Shown here piece after piece: positions 28,038 to 41,400 of a stretch of DNA of 64,000 bases (positions are counted from its first letter, which is position 1; each line of letters opens with the position of its first letter). Origin of the DNA: Eledone cirrhosa (Eukaryota); NCBI GenBank assembly GCA_964016885.1, contig OZ024742.1:64046001-64110000 (forward strand). The letters run 5' to 3'. Position numbers and translations under genes: made by a program. The notes under the pieces were generated by a model. It did not search any database. It was not told the DNA's origin and saw only the letters and a program-made list of their open reading frames with translations.

Positions 28038-28259
28038 CTGCAACAAATCAAGTTGGCTGTAGTCACAGTAGATCTATAGAGTTATTTATGGAGTCTATTA
28101 ACTCAGCTTGTTTCAGAGCTGTTAAATGTAACAGTGACACAGATTTCAGAAATGGTGAATGTGTAGCTGGTGAATTTATCACAATGGGTTATCATTTGTC
28201 CAGAAAAACACCCCCCGGAACATACTACCTCGAGACAATGTCACGCTCTCCATACTGTG
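28038..28259 (+). CDS. Lipase exon (catalytic His)
   Basis: TTTATCAG acceptor, GTATGT donor, 222 bp, phase 1-1. Translates AATNQVGCSHSRSIELFMESINSACFRAVKC...MGY...GTYYLETMSRSPYC. Confidence 0.93.
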
Positions 28260-28919
28260 GTATGTATTAATATCAATTTCTAATTTAGACACATGGCTAA
28301 AAAATTGGGGGGGGGGGGGGGGGGCAAAGTTTATTAAATCAACCCAGTACGTGATTGGTACTTTATTTTATGGGCCCCAGAAGGATACAAAACAAAGTTG
28401 ACTTTGGTGGGATTTGAATGCAGAAGAGAAAGAGCCAGAACAAATACTGTATTGGCATTTTATCTGGGACTCTATCAATTCTACCATTCCACCACTCTGG
28501 TATGTTTTAATATTATTGTTCTTTTATTAACGTTAGTGAATAGACTGAGTCATTAGAACATTGGATTAGCAGTATTTGTTTTGGCTTTACTTTCTGAGTT
28601 CAAATCCCATGGAGATCAACTTTGCCTTTCATCCTTCCAGGATTGATAAAATAAAGTACCAGTTCATGTATTGGTGTCAATGTAATCAACTTTCCCCGCC
28701 CCACACTTTGTTGCTCTTATATTTAAATTAGAAAGATTTTTATTCTTTTACTAGTGGAGCTGTACCATCAATAATGATGACAGTAGCATTGAACATATTT
28801 AATTTTTAAAGCCCATAATTAGTATGCTATATATATACCTACCATACAAATATTGATACTTAATTCATCAAAGATTAATTATTATATCAAAATATCAAAT
28901 GAATCTTTTTTTCTATCAT

Positions 28920-29660
28920 TCCTGCAATCATACCTGGACACAATGCAGCAATGGATTACAGACTGGCAACTCAAACTAGCTGTGGACAAATGTACCACCA
29001 TGCATTTTGGGAGGAAAATCCCAGCTTTCACACACTCCCTCCACAACACCAATCTCAAAACGTCTTCTTGTGAACATGACTTGGGCATTATTGTCAACAG
29101 CGATTTGTGTTGGACTAAGCCCATCTCTAAGATTGTCAAGAAGGCCAATGGTGTCTTAGCATCACTCAGTAAGACTTTTGTCAGCTGCTCTCCAGTTATC
29201 TATTTAAAGCTGTATATAGCTATGGTGCAGCCACACTTAGAATTTGCATCACCAGTCTGGAACCCCTATCTTGCTCAGAATGTTAATCTCCTGGAAACTG
29301 TTCAGATACGTTCAACCAAACAAATACCCTCTATCAGGCATCTACCATACTCTGAACTCTTTGCTTCCCTGGGCATGGATACATTAACGCTCTAACATCT
29401 GGCAACTGACTTGGTAGACACCCACAAGATTATTAACTATCTTTCCAACAACAACACTGGGCACCTTTTTGATTTCCATATGTCTAACACCTGTGGACAT
29501 GCTTACAAAATCAGAAAACAGCACAGCTCCCATGACTTTCGGAAACACTTTTTCATTCTCAGAGTTGCTGAAGCATGGAACAAACTATCTACATCAGTTG
29601 TTAGCTGTTGGGACACCGCATCCTTCTAAACCTCCATGTTTCATGAAATTTGCCAACACT
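28920..29660 (+). mobile_element. CR1-like LINE, 3' fragment
   Basis: WITDWQLKLAVDKC..MHFG, DLGIIV, VQPHLEFASPVWNP and FF..RV...WN.L motifs, interrupted by a stop. Confidence 0.85.
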
Positions 29661-30083
29661 ACACCTGATATTCCCCCTCCATACTCCACAATTGTTGTTG
29701 TTGTTGTTGTTGATGTTGGACAATAACTTCAGTCGACATAATTCACTCTCTAGTCCTAAAATATGTGGCCATGACACAAGTCATTATTATTACAAATAAG
29801 TGTGGTGGATTGGCAGAATCGGTAGAGCATCGGACACTATGCTTTGCAGCATAGAGTTATGGCTCTTTACGTTCTGGGTTCAAATCCCGTCAAGGTTAAC
29901 TTTGCCTTTCATCCTTACAGAGTTGATAAAATAAAGTACCAGTCACGCACCGGGGTCGATTTAAGCAACTTCCCCTTCCCAAAAAATGACTGGCCTTGTA
30001 CCTAAATTAGAAACAATTATTATTTCTTGTTACAAGGAATCTAATGAATGAACTAATGGTTTGATATTTGTGTGTGTTTTCAG

Positions 30084-30192
30084 CTCATAATTACGTTGTT
30101 GATATCTACCTATCTCAGAATGACACAATCCATGGTACTTATATTAAAGTTATTGGAACAGAAGGTTCATCAAAGAAAAGGCGATTATCAGG
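30084..30192 (+). CDS. Lipase exon (start of PLAT/LH2-like domain)
   Basis: TTTTCAG acceptor, GTAAGT donor, phase 1-2. Translates AHNYVVDIYLSQNDTIHGTYIKVIGTEGSSKKRRLSG. Confidence 0.85.
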
Positions 30193-30230
30193 GTAAGTAT
30201 TTAACTGAATATTTTGTCAACTCTTGTGCT

Positions 30231-30533
30231 ATTATATTTAACTCTATACAAAATACCATAGCATAGTTTGTTGTTGTTACTGTTGTTTAACCCTAGGTAG
30301 GCTCTGAACAACAGTCAAATGATCTAGAATATTATATTTAACTCTACACAAAATACCATAGCATAGTTTGTTGTTGTTACTGTTGTTTAACCCTAGGTAG
30401 GCTCTGAACAACAGTCAAATGATCTAGAATATTATATTTAACTCTACACAAAATACCATAGCATAGTTTGTTGTTGTTACTGTTGTTTAACCCTAGGTAA
30501 GCTCCAAACAACAGACAAATGATCTAGAATATT
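30231..30533. repeat. 100-bp tandem repeat, 3 copies
   Basis: ATTATATTTAACTCTA... starts at 30231, 30331 and 30431. Confidence 0.92.
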
Positions 30534-30769
30534 TCAGCTGTAAAAATTCATCTTTTTTCAGACATGATCTATGTGTGTTTGTCCCTCAATCAATTCTGAC
30601 AACAAAGACTCCAGTTGATTCAATCAATGGAACAGCTTGTTCATGAAATTAATGTGCAAGAGACTGAGCATTCCACAGATACATGTACTCTCAACATAGT
30701 TCTTAGCGAAAGATAGCTTGACACAGTCTGTGACAAGGCTTGCCCCTTTGAATAACATGTACAATTCAT

Positions 30770-32195
30770 TTATGTATGTATATATCTATGTATGTATGCA
30801 TAGATGTATCTATGTATGTATATATCTATGTATGCATACATGTATCTATGTATGTATATATCTATGAATGCATACATGTATCTATGTATGTATGTATATA
30901 TCTATGTATGCATACATGTATCTATGTATGTATGTATATATGAATGCATACATGTATCTATGTATGTATGTATACATCTATGTATACATACATCTATCTA
31001 TATATGTATGTATACATCTATGTATGCATACATGTATCTATGTATGTATGTATATATCTATGTATGCATACATGTATCTATGTATGTATGTATATATCTA
31101 TGTATGCATACATGTATCTATGTATGTATATATCTATGAATGCATACATGTATCTATGTATGTATGTATACATCTATGTATACATACATCTATCTATATA
31201 TGTATGTATACATCTATGTATGCATACATGTATCTATGTATGTATGTATATATCTATGTATGCATACATGTATCTATGTATGTATGTATATATCTATGTA
31301 TGCATACATGTATCTATGTATGTATGTATATATCTATGTATGCATACATGTATCTATGTATGTATATATCTATGTATGCATACATGTACCTATGTATGTA
31401 TGTATATATCTATGTATGCATACATGTACCTATGTATGTATGTATATATCTATGTATGCATACATGTATCTATGTATGTATGTATATATCTATGTATGCA
31501 TACATGTATCTATGTATGTATGTATATATCTATGTATGCATACATGTATCTATGTATGTATATATCTATGTATGCATACATGTACCTATGTATGTATGTA
31601 TATATCTATGTATGCATACATGTACCTATGTATGTATGTATACATCTATGTATGCATACATGTATCTATGTATGTATGTATACATCTATGTATGCATACA
31701 TGTATCTATGTATGTATGTATATATCTATGTATGCATACATGTACCTATGTATGTATGTATATATCTATGTATGCATACATGTATCTATGTATGTATGTA
31801 TATATCTATGTATGCATACATGTACCTATGTATGTATGTATATATCTATGTATGCATACATGTACCTATGTATGTATACATCTATGTATGCATACATGTA
31901 TCTATGTATGTATGTATATATCTATGTATGCATACATGTATCTATGTATGTATGTATATATCTATGTATGCATACATGTATCTATGTATGTATGTATATA
32001 TCTATGTATGCATACATGTATCTATGTATGTATGTATATATCTATGTATGCATACATGTACCTATGTATGTATGTATACATCTATGTATGCATACATGTA
32101 TCTATGTATGTATGTATACATCTATGTATGCATACATGTATCTATGTATGTATGTATACATCTATGTATGCATACATGTATCTATGTATGTATGT
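30770..32195. repeat. 40-bp minisatellite built from (TATG)n, about 35 copies
   Basis: Unit TATCTATGTATGCATACATGTATCTATGTATGTATGTATA, containing the palindrome ATGTATGCATACAT. Confidence 0.93.
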
Positions 32196-32199
32196 TTGC

Positions 32200-32398
32200 C
32201 AACAAAGAAATCACTTCATCCCTCCTTCTGTGGCATCATTCTCGATGTGTCAATTCACGAAAACTGACTTTCCCAGCTCGGGACTCAGGGTTGGACATAA
32301 GGGATCTGGGGACAGCAATGCAGGACCAAACAGTGTGGAAGGAGATTGTCAAGAGAGTCCTGACTGCCCACAGAGGTGTCAAAGGATGATGATGATGC
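32200..32398 (+). mobile_element. RTE-like LINE extreme 3' end, related to the 12356-12674 piece
   Basis: RDSGLDIRDLGTAMQDQTVW resembles RDTGFSRQDLGAAMGDRGFW; ends in (GAT)n. Confidence 0.6.
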
Positions 32399-32577
32399 AT
32401 GCATATGTATGTATAAATATGTATGTATATATATATGTTTGTACATGTATGTATCTATATGTGCATATGTATAAATATGTATGTATATATATATATATAT
32501 ATATATATAACAAAGGAACCAGATGGACCATAACGCACCAGAGTACTCAATACTTAGGGTAGTAGAGTGGGAAATAG

Positions 32578-32672
32578 GAAAAAGTATGACCTTGACGGCA
32601 GAGCTCAAGCCGTTTCGACCAAAAATATGGTTGAAACAGCTTGAGCTCTGCCGTCGGGGGTCATACTTTTTC
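32578..32672. repeat. Hairpin-forming inverted repeat containing the 3' half of a hammerhead motif
   Basis: Arms of about 44 bp around a short AT-rich loop. The minus strand of the left arm reads GAAACGGC...GCCGTC-AAGG. Confidence 0.75.
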
Positions 32673-32675
32673 ATA

Positions 32676-32711
<36 letters not shown>

Positions 32712-32836
32712 TGTATGTATATGTACAAACGTAGAAATATGTATATATGTATATTTATCATATAGAAAAATGACTTAATAAATAATGATTTACACTAGCC
32801 CCTGCCAAATTAATCAATAAATATGATTATTTTCAG

Positions 32837-33019
32837 CCACCCCAACAGCCAATCTGGTCGAAATAAACTAAGCATGGTAGTGATTACACCAGAAGATTTA
32901 GGAGAAATCTTAGAAGTTCACATCACATATACACCACCAAACAGTTTTGGTTTGTTGCTCTTCCGATCTGATATAAAGCTACATGGTGTATCAGTGATAG
33001 GATTATCATACTACTCAAA
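32837..33019 (+). CDS. Lipase exon (PLAT/LH2-like domain)
   Basis: TTTTCAG acceptor, GTAAGA donor, 183 bp, phase 2-2. Translates HPNSQSGRNKLSMVVITPEDLGEILEVHITY...YYSK, with the PLAT-type DLGEI motif. Confidence 0.85.
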
Positions 33020-34567
33020 GTAAGACATCTTTTTATATATCATCTCTAGCTTCTTCTTGATTGCATTCCCTTCACTCTTGTATATCTTGAAATATATTCA
33101 ATTGTGTTTGTGTTAATTTTTGCTTCTACATACCATACCTCCACCTCTCTTTCTCACAAACATGCTAGCATGGAAAATGTATATTTTTACATGAAATATG
33201 TATGTATGGATCAGTGATGAATTGGCAGAGTCATTAGAATGTTGGATAGAATGCTTTGTTGTATTCATTCTGATTCCGTACTCTCTGAGTTCAAATGTCG
33301 CCGAGATCAACTTGGGGAGAGGGGGGGGGGGTGTAGCAACATGCAGCATTTCTTCGGCATTTTAAAACTGGTGGAGTCCAGTCTTTCTTCAGGTCTGAAT
33401 AGGGCTGATTTCTCCTAGAGATAGAGAGATATTGATAGAGAGGAAATGAAAAAGAGATGTAGAGAAAGAATCAACCCCAGTACTGAATAGCAAAATTGAT
33501 TTTGGTGGGATTTAAACTCAGGGTGCAGAGAGCAGGAATGAATACCATAAAGCATTCTTTCTGATGTTCTAACAACCTTACTAATTACTCAAAGCATACA
33601 ACAGTTTTAATATAATGGATTACACTGGAACGAAGATTGCCTCTTGTAAAATGACCTACATAGAATGTTTACTATTTCCAATTCCTCTCTAGAGAACAAT
33701 ATAGCTTAATTGGAGACTTCATGTTTGTTAACTACTCTACTACATTTATTGATTCTTGTTCACAAAACATCACCTTATGTTTCCCCTCATTCTAGCGCGT
33801 TATACAGATTCTTTTCATAATTACCAGCCATCTATCTGTCTCACTCTCTCCCTCCTTCCCTCATCACTTTTGCTTTCTCTCATTGTATATATGAATATGT
33901 ATATAATAGTACCACCCCCACTTCGATCATAACTATGGGTTTGCACCTAGAAAATTCCTACCTCTACTGTGGCTTCCTTCTACTGGCATTTCCTGGTATT
34001 TCTTCACCCACTCACCCATCGATCATTATCCATGCACATCACATGTCCATACCAACGCAGTCTTCTCTCCTGCACACCACCTCGGATTCTTCTTATATAT
34101 ATGCCACCACCATTACTACCTTTCCTTATCCTGACCAAGGACATAAGTGCTCTAGTGTTGTAATGAAGTAGTGCTGGCACCATAATAAAACACATCCAGC
34201 TTCTCTGTTTAAGTTGTTGTGTCGGTGTTACAATAAAAAACATTCAGTCCACCCTCTAAGGTGGTAGTGCTGGAACCATGATAAAATGCTTCCAGTACAT
34301 ACTATAAAGTGATTAGCATTAGGAAAGTCATCCAGCTGTAGAAATCATACAAAAAGAAGAACATATGAGCATGTTGTGATCACCTGACCAGTCTAGTATC
34401 AGAACATGTGAAACCATCTAACCTATAATGATGATGATGGTAGAGGTGGTAGTGGTGGTAGTGGTGGTAGTGATGATGATGATGATGAGGAGGAGGAGGA
34501 GGAGAAGGAGAAGGTGTTGAAGGATAGCTCTTTCCTTCTTAATTTCATTTTATTGTTTATGTTTCAG

Positions 34568-34652
34568 GTTCCTGTCATGTGAAAAAGCTACTATAAAGTA
34601 TGGCAAAACTCACCAATTCCGACAACACAATTCCATTAATACATGCACGTGA
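34568..34652 (+). CDS. Lipase terminal coding exon
   Basis: GTTTCAG acceptor whose phase matches the preceding exon. Translates FLSCEKATIKYGKTHQFRQHNSINTCT-stop, with two Cys as in the C-terminal disulfide of pancreatic lipases. AATAAA motifs follow at about 34861-34900. Confidence 0.72.
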
Positions 34653-35443
34653 AGATATCTGAACAATTAGTCTGTGATATAGAACCAATCACCTTTTCTT
34701 GTATGTTTGTGTGTGCCACTCTTCTTATTTCTTCAAAGTGGCTTTTGCTTCTGCCAAATTCAGTCAGACTCACACTTATGGTAGTTACTAAACAAACAGA
34801 GACAAAGCAATATTTTTTTTTTTGTTTTACATCAAAAGCATCAGTGAAAACAAAAAGTAAAATAAAATGAAAAGAAAAATTGAAATAAAAAATAAAACTG
34901 CAACAGAAAAAAAAAACAAAGAAAAAGGCGTTCTGATTTTACGCTTGATATTTTTATAAAAATGACTATGGAGAGAATTTTTGAGATAAATAAGGCATTT
35001 GATCATTATTCTATCATGTTTCTAATCCGAATATACTTTATTTCAAAAGGAGGGCTTCTTTTACCAAATATTGATTGATTTTTTTTTATAAACATAGCAT
35101 ATATCTCATCGTGGTTCCTTGTAATGAAATGTTTTTCTTTTTGTCACTAGAGAATCTATCATTCCCCTTACTCATTATTGAGTAATTTTCATTAAAAAAC
35201 ATTTTTACCCCTACACCCACACCTATCCTACATAATGTAGGGACATTTTTAGTGAAAAATATTTCTTTATTCTTTTCTTCTTCTGGTTTCAGTTATTAGT
35301 CTGCAGCCATGCTAGAGCATCACCTTGATTTAGTAGATCATATCAACCCCAGTACTTTTTTTTTCAAGTCTGGTAATTATTTTCTCGATCTGTTAAGTTG
35401 CAAGGCATAAACACAGACAAGGACGGACACACACACACACACG

Positions 35444-35485
<42 letters not shown>

Positions 35486-36706
35486 ATATATGTGTGTGTT
35501 TATAAAATCGCCTAACCTTCACAGTTGCTGTCTATCAAATTCCTCTCACACAACATGGGTCAACCTAAGACACCTGCCTAAGGTACCACACAGCAGGACT
35601 GAACACAGAACCGTGTTATTATAAAGTGAACTCCTTAACCTCTCACCCAGCGCCTTTGTACAAAGTTTCTCATAAATAACTTTAATTTTTCTCACTAACT
35701 TAAGGCCAATTTAGTCGTCTTTTTATTGTAAACACTAACTTCTTTGTGTTGACTAACTCTTCTTAAGAGTTAGTAAAATTCTTTTACTAATCAAGTTTCC
35801 TGCAATGAACAGGCAAACATTTTAACAGCTCTGCGTGCAAGATTTTTAGGAAATGCGCTAAAAACTCGAGATCCTTGAAGAGAGGTGTTATTCAGAAAAT
35901 TTTCTTTACATAGTTATTCTCCTTAGACAAAATTTTATGGAAATGCAGGCAAATCTGTATGTAGGAACTATATGTAGGAACATGATTTAATGTTTCATAT
36001 AAAGGCACTTTGTGACAAGACACCTCTTATACTGTAATATGTTTTGTGTACTATATTGGGATTAAATTATATAGGAACTATAAACAGATATTAGTCTGCT
36101 CTTTCAAAATATTGCCTATCAGGAGAGCAACTCAACGCCAAAAAAAGTCATAGAATTATGGCCTCTTCTTTAAGATCTCACTTTTCATCGCATTTCTTTC
36201 AAAATTCCTGTACATAGGCAATTTGAATTTTTGTCCAATAAATGAAATTCCTCAGTGATTGAAATGTCCATCTTAGAGAGAAAAATAAAATAAAAACCTA
36301 GCAACAAGGGAAGATAATTTCAAGAAATTAAGAAATCTCATAAAATTAATTTATCTGCTGAAGAGAAGGAAAGTCTGATTTTTGTTTGCAGAAAATGAAC
36401 ACCTGTGGACATATTTTGGTCTATTTAGACATCATCAGCATAGTTCTGTCTAAACAAGCTTGCCAATCAGTCCACAGAGATTTTACATATACTCTTTACA
36501 TTTTCACTGGTTTCAGTCAGTTGACTACAGCCATGCTGGGGCAGCTTTATTTAGTCGATCATATCGACCCCAGTACTTATTTTTTCAAGTCTGGAACTAA
36601 TTTTATCAATCTATTTTTTATCTAACCATTAAGTTATGAGACATGAACACGGACACACATACACAAACATAAATATAGACACGTATACACACACTTCTGC
36701 TTACCT

Positions 36707-36758
<52 letters not shown>

Positions 36759-38627
36759 TACAACAGGCTTTTTCAGTTTCCATCTACCAAATTCCACTCA
36801 TAAGGAATTAGTCAAACCAAGCCTTTAGTAGAAGACACTTGCCAATTTGCCACACAGCAGTAATTAACTTGGAACCACGTGGTTGCAAAACAAACTTCTT
36901 AACTGCACAGCCATGCATAATGAATAATTTTTATGGAGTATAATATCTATAAGTAACAATTACATTGAGCTAATGGAAATAACTGATAGATCCAGAGTCA
37001 TATTGAATGCCATAAACAAAACAAGATTCTTCATATGACAGTTGTTATATCACCTCACAATTTATTTATCAAAGAAGAAAATACCTTGTTTCTATGTTAG
37101 AAAAACCGTTTGTTTTAAAGTGTTTATATTTATGTAGGGTTAAAGAGGACTCATCAGTTTGGCCTAGTAGGTGACCTCCTCTCTGGTGCTGATAGCACGA
37201 TAAAATGCTCTCAGTACACCTTGTAAAGAGTTATACTGATATATTGTACCATAACACACCTTTAGAGCATAACTTAACAAAATGTTCTTTCGTAAAATTA
37301 TGATGAAAGGTTTTAATATAAGTGTATGAACACATTAAAATAATCAGTTTTGTACCATAAAATCAGGGGTGGTTTCAGATGGTTTGGTATTGAAATGGTT
37401 AAAAGCTGCACACAAATGCTGAATAGATAACAAGCAAATACCAACATTTCACTGATATGCTGCAATTCTTTGAAAATAATTCTTGCAAAATAATTATATT
37501 GATATACATTTTTTTCTTTTTACAATCTATAAAGGGAACTTTTTAAATAAATAATTACTTTATTTAGATGGCATTTTTCAAAGACTGCATTTCTGTGTAT
37601 TAAATATAAACGTGAATATGTACATAAAATAGAGAAGGGTGACGAAATCATCTACTCACCAAAAAAAAAAAAAAATTAGTCAGATCTTATATCATTTCTT
37701 TACTTAGATGGAGTTACTTTTAGTTTTCTTGAGGTAATGTTTACACAGATATTTGCAGATGCCTTATTTTATTACATTTTCCATTTTTTTTTTTTTTTCT
37801 ATAGTAGCAGATTCAGCAATACATCGTAATGTCTAATTGTGTTCCTGTAAATTCAGGGTTCAAATTCCATCATGCTCGATTTTTGCCATTCATACCTCTG
37901 AGTGCTAGATAAAATTTATACCAGTCACTTACTGAAATCAGTTTCAATAAACTACATTCTTCTTACCTTCAACGTTCTGCATTAGTCCCAACCAAAGTTA
38001 ACAATTCATTATTTTATCTTTATTAAATATATATTAAAGTATTGTACTGATTTAGCCTTCACTTTATAAAATGCATAATCAGTCACTTTACTTCAAGTTA
38101 TAGCAGTTTCACAGGTGTTACAGTATGTAGTGAAAATGTAAAGGAATGTAGAAAATAACTTTTACTCTACATTTGAAGAAGATGCAATGTTAGTCGCATG
38201 TTATTGTATTAATACATTTGATAGTAATAACATTGATTTGTTCCACATTCCGTTTTATTTCTTAAATATAATTTTGAGTATAAAACACAAGTTTTCCATA
38301 TATATGAATTTGTTTTTCAAGTTTTCTTGTTTTCATTTGTAACTGTATCATTTCTTGTGCACACTGTCCATTGATGTATTCCCACACTCACACATACAAA
38401 ACATGTTTAATTTCTCTATTCATGTTTTGAGTGTATGTATATGAATATAATCAGTATTAATACACACATATACACACACACATGCATACTCATATGAGTG
38501 TGTATTATGTATGTATATATATAAACTAATAATGTATAACAGCTCTGCATGACTCTCATTGCATTGAGCTAAAACACAACCTGTAAATGAGCATACTTAC
38601 TCCCATTAATATTATAATTATAACTAT

Positions 38628-38659
<32 letters not shown>

Positions 38660-39368
38660 GAGTCAAGAGGGCTCTTCTGTCATGTCACGGTATGGCAACC
38701 TCTCTAATGTTGGTGATGTACACAATAAACATACCCAGTACACGTTGTAAAGTTGTTGATGATATGAAGGGCATCCAGCCATAGAAAGTTTGCCACAGGG
38801 TTGGGAGGACCTATCAGTCGTATTAAGGACATGACAGCTTCCTTATTGTTGGTGATCTACATGATAAATGCACCCAGTGCATATTGTAAAGTGGTTGGTG
38901 ATAGGAAGGGCATTCAGCCATAGAAAGCTTGCCAAACAAGGCTTGGGAGGACCCTACAGTTGTGTCAAAGACATTTCAATCTCTCCTTTGCACTCAGTAG
39001 AATGCAAGGCCATACATAAGAGATATGCAGACCCCTGGCCTCTCTGGGAGGTCTGTAACCTTACTTTAGTACTGTCTTGGTCTATGTAGACCCATCTAAC
39101 TCTTCCTAGCAGGGAAAGTGGATGTGAAAAACGACGACACTATATATATGTTTAATGATTTTTGTTACTAGAGGTGTAAGGGAGAACTGTTTCAAATAAC
39201 TATTCAATACAAAGTAGGAGAGACTATATATTTATTCGACGTAACTTTTCCTTACAAAATGATCACCTTGTTTTGCTCTGAGAAGCTACTCACAGAAATC
39301 TATGCAACTCCTCAAAGTGAAACAATATGATTATTTTGTAAGGGTAAATAATATCAAATATATCATCA

Positions 39369-39712
39369 ATGGAGGCACATGGCTTAGTGGTTAGAGCATT
39401 GGCCTTGCAATCGAAAGGTTGTGAGTTCAATTCTCAGACCGGGCGATGTGTTGTTTCCTTGAGCGAGACACTTTATTTCACATTGCTCCAGTTTACTCAG
39501 CTGTAGAAATGAGATGATAGGGATTGGGGTCCATATCATTCCACTGCAAAGTGGACGTGTAGGTGCCACGGCAAAAAAGCACCTAGCACTCACTGTAAAT
39601 GAGGTTGGTGTTAGGAAGGGCATCCAGCTGTAGAAATCAAGCCAGAATCAGTTCCCGTCCCACCCTTGCAAGCAGGGAAAAAGCGGACGTAAAATAAAAT
39701 GATGATGATGAT
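39369..39712 (+). mobile_element. Full-length tRNA-derived SINE with an RTE-type 3' tail
   Basis: Head GGAGGCACATGGCTTAGTGGTTAGAGC...GAGTTCAATTC (A and B boxes); 3' part TTGGTGTTAGGAAGGGCATCCAGC shared with the LINE 3' UTR; (GAT)n tail. Confidence 0.85.
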
Positions 39713-40754
39713 CATCATCATCATCATTATCATATAACATCCATTTCTCTTGCTAGCAGGAGTTGGACACTTCGTCATTGACCAAGTTAGTACTTAATGG
39801 AAACTACTGGTCTCTGAGACAGGCAGGGAAAATGCTTCTCACTTACATACATTCCCATGCTCAATGGATAACACCAGCACTAGGAAAGTTATGTCTTCAA
39901 TGCAGCTAAAAAGTTCTTTCCTTTGTTAGGCAACCTTTCTATGGCTAAATGTCCTGCCTATCACCAACCACTTTACAGACTCTACTGAGTGAATTTATCA
40001 TGTAGATCACTAACACTAGAGAGGGTGTTGTGTTTTTGACACAACTAAAGAGTTTTCTTGACTTCTTTTTTAGCTTGATTTTTACATGCCCTTCATATCT
40101 CCACCCACCTTACAGAGTATACTAGACGGATTTTGGGGAACACTAGCACTAGAAAGGTTGCCTTGTCATGGCTGAAGGTTCCTCTCAGCCCTTGATGGCA
40201 TGGTTTCTATGACTGGAAGCCCTTCTTGGTGCTAAACAATTTACAGGGTGTGTTTAGTTATGGTACCAGCACTAGGGAGGTTGCTGAATGTTGACTCAAC
40301 TGGAAACAATGTACATTTCCATGCTCACCCCCTCACATGACTCCCTAAGTTCTTCATATTTTATGTACTTTTTTTAAGCACTTACTCCTTATTGCTTTTC
40401 CAAAACACTGTTGGCTCAACAAAGGGGACTTTTTTGTTGAGTCAAACCATGCCATAGGGTCAAGGGGATGTGTTGTTAAGCGATATAGCCTAGAAATGCT
40501 AATGCTCTTTTCAGGTCAGCCTTTGCTATATAATTATTAACACATTGCAGAAATTTTAGTATTAACATTCCTTCATTCATCCTCTTGTGTTGTCCTTACT
40601 TTCTCTTCTTGTGGAAGGTAACAGAATGCAGCTTACACGGATGTGTCTGCCATTACATATATATATATATAACACACACACACATAAATATAGAAGAGAA
40701 GTTGTTTAAGAAAAGAAGAAAAGGATGGCACATAACACAGAGCATACATATATT

Positions 40755-41400
40755 ATCAAACAACATTAGAGATCTTGGAGTAATTGTTGATAACTTAAGT
40801 TAGAGTACCCACATAAACAACAAAGTTATGTGGCCCACAGGATATGTTTTTGGTTTCTTAGAATTTTTCAGTCTAGAGATATTCACACCATTATCCTTCT
40901 ATTCTCTACCTTTACCTTGCCCCATCTTGAATACTATTGCCCACTGTAGTCTCTTCCCCTGAAACAAAGTACTATAAAACCCAGCTCAATTACAAATAAG
41001 ATAGATGGCATGACAGGACTTTACTATTGAGGTCGACAATAAGTCAAACTGAACAGTACATCATTTGTTTGATGTGGAAAATATTTCATCAACATAGCCC
41101 AAATGATGTTGGCATCATCTTTAAAATCTACTACTGGCGTGACACTTATTCTATCCACACACTACAAAAATCAACCTTGCATCTCATAACAACATTACAA
41201 CAACTATTTCGCTTCAACTGGTCTACTCTCTTTAATATTATACCAAAATACATCAAAACAGAAAACAAATATTCTGGATAAATCCCTACTCCCAGATATG
41301 TCCTTGGAAACAATAACGCTTTACTTGAGGGAGCCATGGTTTCCAAAACAAGACTGAAGTGTGAATCATGATTTAAAAGCGTTCGTCAGGTGTTGCTATT
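40755..41400 (+). mobile_element. Highly degenerate CR1-like LINE 3' fragment
   Basis: IRDLGVIVD, PHLEY and LFNIIPKYI remnants with many stops. Confidence 0.6.

Noticed and set aside
30804-32562. Long ORFs of 375-564 aa
   Set aside because: They are translations of a stop-poor TATG-based minisatellite open in several frames (MYVC-type low complexity) inside an intron.
39369-39445. tRNA-like sequence (also 17555-17630)
   Set aside because: No acceptor-stem closure and it continues into a SINE body, so it is a SINE head rather than a tRNA gene.
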